From a virus (lineage: Duplodnaviria > Caudoviricetes), in IMG/VR virus record IMGVR_UViG_3300023181_000010, positions 1-51,528 of that record: a stretch of DNA of 51,528 nucleotides; one strand, 5' to 3'. The notes below the pieces were generated by a model. It saw only the letters and a list, made by a program, of their open reading frames with translations. It was not told the origin of the DNA and did no database searches. A program made the position numbers and the translations under genes. This document shows, piece after piece, positions 45,977-51,528 of the stretch. The stretch's first letter is position 1; each line of letters opens with the position of its first letter.

Positions 45977-46573
45977 ATGACTGCTCGAGCCTGCCCGGCG
46001 TGTGCCCGCCGGTACACGATGGTGATCGCCCCCGATTGCCCGATCTGTGCCGGGGCCGGGACGTTGACGCTCGGTCGGACGGTCGCCCAGTACGGGGCCG
46101 AGACGGTGTCACGATCCGTCGAGTTGACGCTGGAGCTGGCCGCCCGGGACGTCATGGCCGCCGGCGGAACGATCGACCAGGGCCGCGCCGCACTGTCCGC
46201 CGCGGTGGCGAACCTACGCCGGGTCGGGCTGTTGGGCACCGAACCGACCAGGCCGCCCGCGGGCCGCCTCACCGTCGATGTCGTCAACGCAACAGCCGCG
46301 GCCCTCACCGACGGGTACCGCCCGGATCTGCCCTACGCTGTAGACGCTCCACCGCTCACCCCGTACCGCCCGGACGATCGCCCGCACGCCGCCGGAACGA
46401 TCCCCGGATTCAGCAACGCAGGTTACATTTCGTCGATGACCCGGGTCAGTGACCCGCTGGACATCGCGACCCGCTCAACGCAGGTGCACGCCGCGCAAAC
46501 GGCCCGCACCGAGCAACGAGCGACCATCCTCGCCGACGCCGCGACGAGGATTCAACAGACCCGAAAGGAATGA
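45977..46573 (+). CDS. Zinc-finger hypothetical protein
   Basis: CPAC...CPICAGAG; GAGGA RBS. Confidence 0.65.
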   Translation: MTARACPACARRYTMVIAPDCPICAGAGTLTLGRTVAQYGAETVSRSVELTLELAARDVMAAGGTIDQGRAALSAAVANLRRVGLLGTEPTRPPAGRLTVDVVNATAAALTDGYRPDLPYAVDAPPLTPYRPDDRPHAAGTIPGFSNAGYISSMTRVSDPLDIATRSTQVHAAQTARTEQRATILADAATRIQQTRKE

Positions 46574-46917
46574 CCGTGAGTGCTCCCCACGATCACCCGA
46601 CCACCGCCCGACTGTTCCCCAGGATCGCCGACGACGACGTCGACTACGGCTACCAGCTCACCCCCGACAACCTGCTCACCGTCGGCACGTGGGTCGCCGA
46701 AATGGACGAGGCCGCCGAGGTCCGCGCGTTCGCCGGCGACGTGTTGCAGATCAACACCCAACGCCCGGCCGCCCCGGGTTCGTACGTCACGATCACCATC
46801 CCCGAGGCTATGGCCCCGTATTTCGACATGGTGGAAACGATCTGCTACCCCGGCACCGCGACCGTCTGGGAACAGGCCGATTTCGAGGCCGCTCACGTGA
46901 TGCCGGGTGACCGGTGA
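46570..46917 (+). CDS. Hypothetical protein
   Basis: GAAAGGA RBS; YQLTPDN...V.TWV...LQINT. Confidence 0.7.
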   Translation: MTVSAPHDHPTTARLFPRIADDDVDYGYQLTPDNLLTVGTWVAEMDEAAEVRAFAGDVLQINTQRPAAPGSYVTITIPEAMAPYFDMVETICYPGTATVWEQADFEAAHVMPGDR

Positions 46918-47216
46918 GCGGGCTCCGCCCGTACCGGATGCGAACCGGCGATAGCCTGCTGGCCCTACGGGTGACGTCCGAGCTGTCGTTGCTCGCAGCG
47001 AAGGGAATCGCCACCCGCTCCGGTGCGCTCGCGATGACGTGGCACCACGCGCACCCAGCACCGTGCACGCACACCGCCCACCTGACGATCCACTACGGCG
47101 TGGCCGAGATTGTCATCCCGGCCGGTGACTACCTGGTGCAACACCCGGACCGGCGTCTCGGTGCGCTGTCCGTCGAATCGTTCCGGCAGTCGTTCCCGCC
47201 GGCGCTGAACCGATGA
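46914..47216 (+). CDS. Hypothetical protein
   Basis: GTGA overlap; LTIH...AGDYLV...SFRQSF. Confidence 0.6.
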   Translation: MSGLRPYRMRTGDSLLALRVTSELSLLAAKGIATRSGALAMTWHHAHPAPCTHTAHLTIHYGVAEIVIPAGDYLVQHPDRRLGALSVESFRQSFPPALNR

Positions 47217-47419
47217 CCGTGGGGAGACGCCGCCGGTACGTCTACCGGCTGATCACCGAGGAACTGCCACCGCTGGACCCGGACACCATCGTCGGTCCGG
47301 CGGTCGGCTCACGCCGCCACTATCTGACCCGGAAGGCCGCGAACACCCGGGCCGACCTCGAGACCCGGAACGGCGCGAAGGTCCGGGTCCAACGGTCGAA
47401 CCCGATCACCTGGCCGTGA
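47213..47419 (+). CDS. Small basic hypothetical protein
   Basis: Overlaps both ends; YLTRKAA..RA...V.RS.PI.W. Confidence 0.6.
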   Translation: MTVGRRRRYVYRLITEELPPLDPDTIVGPAVGSRRHYLTRKAANTRADLETRNGAKVRVQRSNPITWP

Positions 47420-47784
47420 AGATCTCCGACTACCCGCCACCGTGGACGGGCCGGAAACCGACACCGGGCCAGATAACCATGGCCCTGGACTTGCGCGAAT
47501 TGCACGGCCCCGAGGTCGACGCCGCCCTGTCGGTGCCGGAACCGACGGTCGACCTGTGGGAGACCGGGCAGATCGTCCCGAGGTGGGTCGACCTGCTCGC
47601 CCTGGCCGAGCTGACCGACTTCCCCGTCGCGTTTTTCTTCCGAAAGGAATCGCCGCGGATCACGTCCGGGTTCATCTGTGGACCCCGGAAATGCGTGTCG
47701 CTGTCCCCGCCGGCACCGATCGCCCCGGTGATCCCGCTACGCCCCGAGAATCGTCCTGATACCCACCCGAACACCCTGTTCTGA
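47416..47784 (+). CDS. XRE/Cro-type HTH protein
   Basis: ITMALDLREL.GPEVDAAL.V...TVD.WE.G...P....L.ALAELT.FP..FF. Confidence 0.75.
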   Translation: MKISDYPPPWTGRKPTPGQITMALDLRELHGPEVDAALSVPEPTVDLWETGQIVPRWVDLLALAELTDFPVAFFFRKESPRITSGFICGPRKCVSLSPPAPIAPVIPLRPENRPDTHPNTLF

Positions 47785-47806
47785 CCAACCGAAAGGCACC
47801 AACACC

Positions 47807-48721
47807 ATGCCACCCACACCCCGCACGGGCCCCGATTCCTCCCCGCCGCCCGAGACACCCGCCGAGTGGAACGACCGTAAGTTCGCTGACCGGGTCGAGC
47901 TGCTCCGGTCACTGCTGATCGGTCGAGTTGGCCCGGACGGTCAAGATCCGAGGTACCTGCTCGAGGCAATCAGCGCGACCGCCGAGATCTGGCGGATGAA
48001 GTTGGCTCAGTGTGAGGGCCGGGTCCGCGAACTCGAGGAACAGCTGGTCGCAGCCGACGCCCGGAAGGACCCCGCCGGGTTCGGCACCGATTGGGCGTTG
48101 CTGGACGCCGACCTCGAGGCGATCTGTGCCGTGATGGATTTCGACGAACCGTCCGAGGTCGATCGGGCCGCGATGGCCGCGTTCGACCGGCTCAGTCGGG
48201 CCCTGACTGGCCGCCGGGGCCCGTTCACGACCCGTTCGACACCGTTGGAGCGGGCCCCGTACATGTCGGGTTCGAGGACCGCGGCCGAGATCGTCGCCGT
48301 CGTTCACGGGCAACCGGCCACGGCGAACGGCCCGACGCCGTGTTGTGGTCTGGACCCGTTCGGTCTGCCCACCGGTGACCGGATCGCAGTCGGCCCCGAG
48401 GCCGCGAATTGCCAGGGCCGGCCGATGACGTTGAACGTGTCGACGTCGATCGACCCGCACGTCCTCCCCGCCCTGGCGATGCTCGAGGAGGCCACGCGGG
48501 CCGTCGCCGAGCTGGCGAAGTTCGAGTACCCGCGGTCGGCCCCCGTGATCGTCCTGGCGACCGGTGACGCCCAGGAGAACGGCGACGCTGTGGCCCGGGC
48601 GAACCCGAAGGGTGCCGGCGTCATCGTGATCAACGTGCGGTCCCGCCGGCAGGCAGTGTCGACGGCCGCTACGGCCGAGATCATGCGCCGTTGGTTCGAG
48701 GACGATCTCAGTAACCCGTGA
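47807..48721 (+). CDS. Multi-domain hypothetical protein
   Basis: GAAAGG RBS; coiled coil and H...TPCCG..PF.LP..DR...C motif. Confidence 0.7.
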   Translation: MPPTPRTGPDSSPPPETPAEWNDRKFADRVELLRSLLIGRVGPDGQDPRYLLEAISATAEIWRMKLAQCEGRVRELEEQLVAADARKDPAGFGTDWALLDADLEAICAVMDFDEPSEVDRAAMAAFDRLSRALTGRRGPFTTRSTPLERAPYMSGSRTAAEIVAVVHGQPATANGPTPCCGLDPFGLPTGDRIAVGPEAANCQGRPMTLNVSTSIDPHVLPALAMLEEATRAVAELAKFEYPRSAPVIVLATGDAQENGDAVARANPKGAGVIVINVRSRRQAVSTAATAEIMRRWFEDDLSNP

Positions 48722-48774
48722 CTCACCCGATGATCCGCGGCATGGTCCCGCGGCACCCGAGATTGGAAACAGCT

Positions 48775-49425
48775 ATGACCGACACACCGATGATCACACC
48801 GGCGAAGTTCTGCCGGCGGCCGACGACGGCCACCATCGAGGCGATGCAGTGGCACCCCCGGTCGTTGATGGACGGCCGGATGAACGTTTGCGCGTGGATC
48901 GTTCAACACACCCCGAACCACACAACACACCCGCACGCCGGCGCGGGTGATTCGTTGCGCCTGTTCGTCAACGCGAACGATTCGTGGATCACCGTTCAAC
49001 CCGGGCAGTGGATCGCCCGCGACGAACACGGTTTCTACCCGATCCACAACGACAAATTCCGCGAATCCTGGCAACCCGTCGGCGACGCCCAGGACCAGCC
49101 CACGATCATCGGTGGATTCATGGCCGCGGTCGACGCCGAGGGCACCGACGCGTGGATCTCCGTCTACGGCCACCCCGTGATCCTCCCCGGCCTGGACCTG
49201 CCGGATGAGACGACGGTGCTGGTCCCGTTCGGCTCCGATATGGAACCGTTCCGGGTGCCGTTCCATCACCTCAGGGTGATCAGAGCTATCGGCGATTTCC
49301 ACGGCGGTTACCTGGACTCCGAGACAGGGTTGCCCCTGTACGCCGTCGACGCGTTGGCCGACGAACACGTCTGCCAACGGCTCACCGTCCCGCCGGCATT
49401 CGAGCCGAAGGACCACCAGGGATGA
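48775..49425 (+). CDS. Hypothetical protein with K.RKKP..IEA.QW / GDWI..FYP-type N-terminal domain
   Basis: AKFCRRP...IEAMQW...VQPGQWIARDEHGFYPIHNDKFRESW; alternative start 48718. Confidence 0.7.
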   Translation: MTDTPMITPAKFCRRPTTATIEAMQWHPRSLMDGRMNVCAWIVQHTPNHTTHPHAGAGDSLRLFVNANDSWITVQPGQWIARDEHGFYPIHNDKFRESWQPVGDAQDQPTIIGGFMAAVDAEGTDAWISVYGHPVILPGLDLPDETTVLVPFGSDMEPFRVPFHHLRVIRAIGDFHGGYLDSETGLPLYAVDALADEHVCQRLTVPPAFEPKDHQG

Positions 49426-49949
49426 TCGGCACCGTCGAACTACCCGTGAAGGTCGTCGGTGTCCCGAACATGCGGCCGGTGAGGTTGCTCGTCAACCACA
49501 CCGTGTCGTGGGACGTCGACGCCCCGGAACCGACCTACACCCCGGAATCGGGCAGCGGGCACATATTCGTCCCGTGCGATGACACACCCGGTGAGCTGGT
49601 CTATTGGGTCACGACAGTCGGTGGATTCGCCTACTACGCCCCGGCGAAGTTCTACCCGGTCACCGGGTACCGCCGGCGGACAATCGCACCATCGGTGATG
49701 AGCGGTTTCCCGCCGCAAATGCGGGCCGATTTGGCGCAACACGAGCACCAGCGGATGCACTCACAGTTGGTCGGGTGGGCACTCGCCCACGATTTCGCCG
49801 GCCATGGCGTCCTGTGGTCGACGATGAAGCTCACCGAGGACCAGGACGACGACGACATCGGCGTAATCCGGATGACCCTGTCCCTGACCGTCATCGCGGA
49901 CAAGACGAACCCGGACCTGTTGTCCACGATCGACAAGATGCTCGGATGA
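49422..49949 (+). CDS. Hypothetical protein
   Basis: ATGA overlaps. Confidence 0.65.
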   Translation: MIGTVELPVKVVGVPNMRPVRLLVNHTVSWDVDAPEPTYTPESGSGHIFVPCDDTPGELVYWVTTVGGFAYYAPAKFYPVTGYRRRTIAPSVMSGFPPQMRADLAQHEHQRMHSQLVGWALAHDFAGHGVLWSTMKLTEDQDDDDIGVIRMTLSLTVIADKTNPDLLSTIDKMLG

Positions 49950-50146
49950 TCCGGCCGGCCACCGCGGCCGGTGTCCCCGGCTACGGTGGCCGGCCCCGGC
50001 ACGGTTCGACCACCTGGCACGTCCTCAACCGCACGCCCCGTGAGCACGTCCCGTTGGATCTGTGGCCGGATGTCTGCGGGTGGGACTATGTCGCGTGTGC
50101 CGATGAAATTGGTCAGCTCGCCGCCCTGATGATGGAGGAAAAATGA
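49946..50146 (+). CDS. Small hypothetical protein
   Basis: ATGA overlaps at both ends. Confidence 0.5.
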   Translation: MIRPATAAGVPGYGGRPRHGSTTWHVLNRTPREHVPLDLWPDVCGWDYVACADEIGQLAALMMEEK

Positions 50147-50802
50147 CCGGCCCTGTTCACCTGCCGTGGGAACCGGTAGACGACCCCACACGCCTATTGC
50201 CGGTCCACGAACCGGTGTCGTCGATGTCGGACCTATTCGGGATGCTGCGGTCGATCACGCACGGCCCACCACCGCCCCGCCCACTGTTCCCGCTACCTGA
50301 GGGCCCGCCACTGTTCGGGCCGCTGTCGAACCTGGCCGAGTGCGCCCGGGAACGGTTCGAGCGGCACCACGCCGACATCGTGCGCCGCCTGTTCCGCACC
50401 AATACCGCCGCCCAGTTCACCGTCGCCGAGGCCGCCTGGACACCACCGCTCACCCTGGCAGCACTGAACGACGCAATCGCGAAGGTCAACCAGGCAGGCA
50501 GCACCATCCGGTCTGACCTGTTCCATCACCGGGTGATCGCCGCGGTCCGGCCGAAAGACGAACCAATCCGGCCCCTGACAATCGTCGAGCTGAACAATGC
50601 GATCCGGGCCGTCGACGGCAGCTACCGCCGCCCCGCCGCGATCCGGATGCACCCCGACACCATCGCCACGTTCACCGTCGAAACAGAGGAACGAACCCCC
50701 GACAACCCGGCGCTACGGGTGTTCGGAATCCCCGTCCGAACCGACCCCAGCCTGCCCCCCGGAACGTTCAAGATCGAACCCGCCGACCAGGACACACCAT
50801 GA
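50143..50802 (+). CDS. Hypothetical protein with capsid-A-domain-like C-terminus
   Basis: GGAGG RBS; LTIVELNNAI...PAAIRMHPDT...VFGIPVRTDPSLPPG. Confidence 0.65.
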   Translation: MTGPVHLPWEPVDDPTRLLPVHEPVSSMSDLFGMLRSITHGPPPPRPLFPLPEGPPLFGPLSNLAECARERFERHHADIVRRLFRTNTAAQFTVAEAAWTPPLTLAALNDAIAKVNQAGSTIRSDLFHHRVIAAVRPKDEPIRPLTIVELNNAIRAVDGSYRRPAAIRMHPDTIATFTVETEERTPDNPALRVFGIPVRTDPSLPPGTFKIEPADQDTP

Positions 50803-51464
50803 CCGAAGAGGACAACCAAACAACGGGACAAACACCCCCCGGCGGTCCCCAGAGGCCGTCGAGTCGTCGTACCCGTGTGGGTGGGGATGAGCCGTTGCCG
50901 GGTTCGAGGTTGATTCACACTGTGAAGCCGGGTGTGAAGCGGGCACCACGCCGGCGGGCGACGACACCGCGGGCCGCGACGATCCGGATCAAACAGGCTG
51001 AGGCGTTGCGGTTGCGGGCCGGTGGTGCGACGTACGACGCGATCGCGAAGGAACTCGGCTACCGGGGAGGGCCGTCGGCCGCGTCGAAGGCTGTGACGGC
51101 CGCCCTGGCCCGGGTGGAGTCCGACGCCGCTGAGGACCTGCGGGCGTTGCATGACATCCGGCTGGATGAGGGTTTCGCCGCGGTCTACGTGATCTTGCAA
51201 CAGACCTATCCGACGCTTGACCGGATACCGGACTATTTCGAGGACGACCGGGCCGCCCGGAATTTCGTCGAGAACATGGCCGAACAGCTCCGCACGCTCG
51301 GTCTGCTCAAGATGCACGCCGTCGACCGCCTGGTCCGCCTGCTCGAGCGGCAGTCGAAGATGCACGGTCTCGACGCCCCGGCCCGAACGGAAATGATGGG
51401 CGACATCGGCCCGATGACTGTGGTGTTCGATTCGGCGATGGAATTCCCGACCGCGAAGGGATGA
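50799..51464 (+). CDS. terS: Terminase small subunit
   Basis: ALRLRAGGATYDAIAKELGY HTH; R.K..GLDAP; directly upstream of terL across the circular junction. Confidence 0.8.
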   Translation: MTEEDNQTTGQTPPGGPQRPSSRRTRVGGDEPLPGSRLIHTVKPGVKRAPRRRATTPRAATIRIKQAEALRLRAGGATYDAIAKELGYRGGPSAASKAVTAALARVESDAAEDLRALHDIRLDEGFAAVYVILQQTYPTLDRIPDYFEDDRAARNFVENMAEQLRTLGLLKMHAVDRLVRLLERQSKMHGLDAPARTEMMGDIGPMTVVFDSAMEFPTAKG

Positions 51465-51528
51465 TGACGGCATGCCCGTTCTGACGTACTCGTTCAAGCC
51501 GCACGCCCGGCAGCTCACGGCGATGTCG
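51402..51528. repeat. 127-bp exact terminal direct repeat, copy 2
   Basis: Identical to 1-127. Confidence 0.95.

Noticed and set aside
51402-51528. 127-bp terminal repeat as a biological direct terminal repeat
   Set aside because: The length equals a common assembler k-mer and it cuts through terS/terL; it most likely marks circular assembly, not physical ends

Overview
The window is a complete, circularly assembled ~51.4-kb genome of a high-GC tailed phage with a contractile (myovirus-type) tail, most likely infecting an actinobacterium. Bases 1-127 repeat exactly at 51402-51528, probably an assembly overlap. All credible genes lie on the + strand. Order: terminase large subunit; a ~9.7-kb insert (Acb2/Tad1-like hairpin protein, DNA methyltransferase, an extra tail fibre, small hypotheticals, two structured non-coding regions); Mu-like head module; contractile tail and baseplate; lysis cassette; early/replication arm (C5 methyltransferase, DUF1643, AlpA-like HTH, YqaJ exonuclease, AAA ATPase, HTH replication initiator with iterons, HNH, XRE-HTH); terminase small subunit. 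I see no integrase, DNA polymerase, tRNA or CRISPR array. The most striking unexplained signals are: (i) seven copies of a fixed-spacing promoter motif (GACAC-N5-CCGTCCCACAA-N18-NANNNT) before structural genes, six apparently leaderless; (ii) a tandem promoter-RNA-terminator array suggesting small ncRNAs at 10.9-11.2 kb; (iii) a palindromic operator pair, one copy directly before an HTH gene; (iv) a hairpin whose loop pairs with the tail chaperone ribosome-binding site; (v) several candidate anti-defence sponge or decoy proteins. All protein family calls come from motif recognition by eye, not from database searches.
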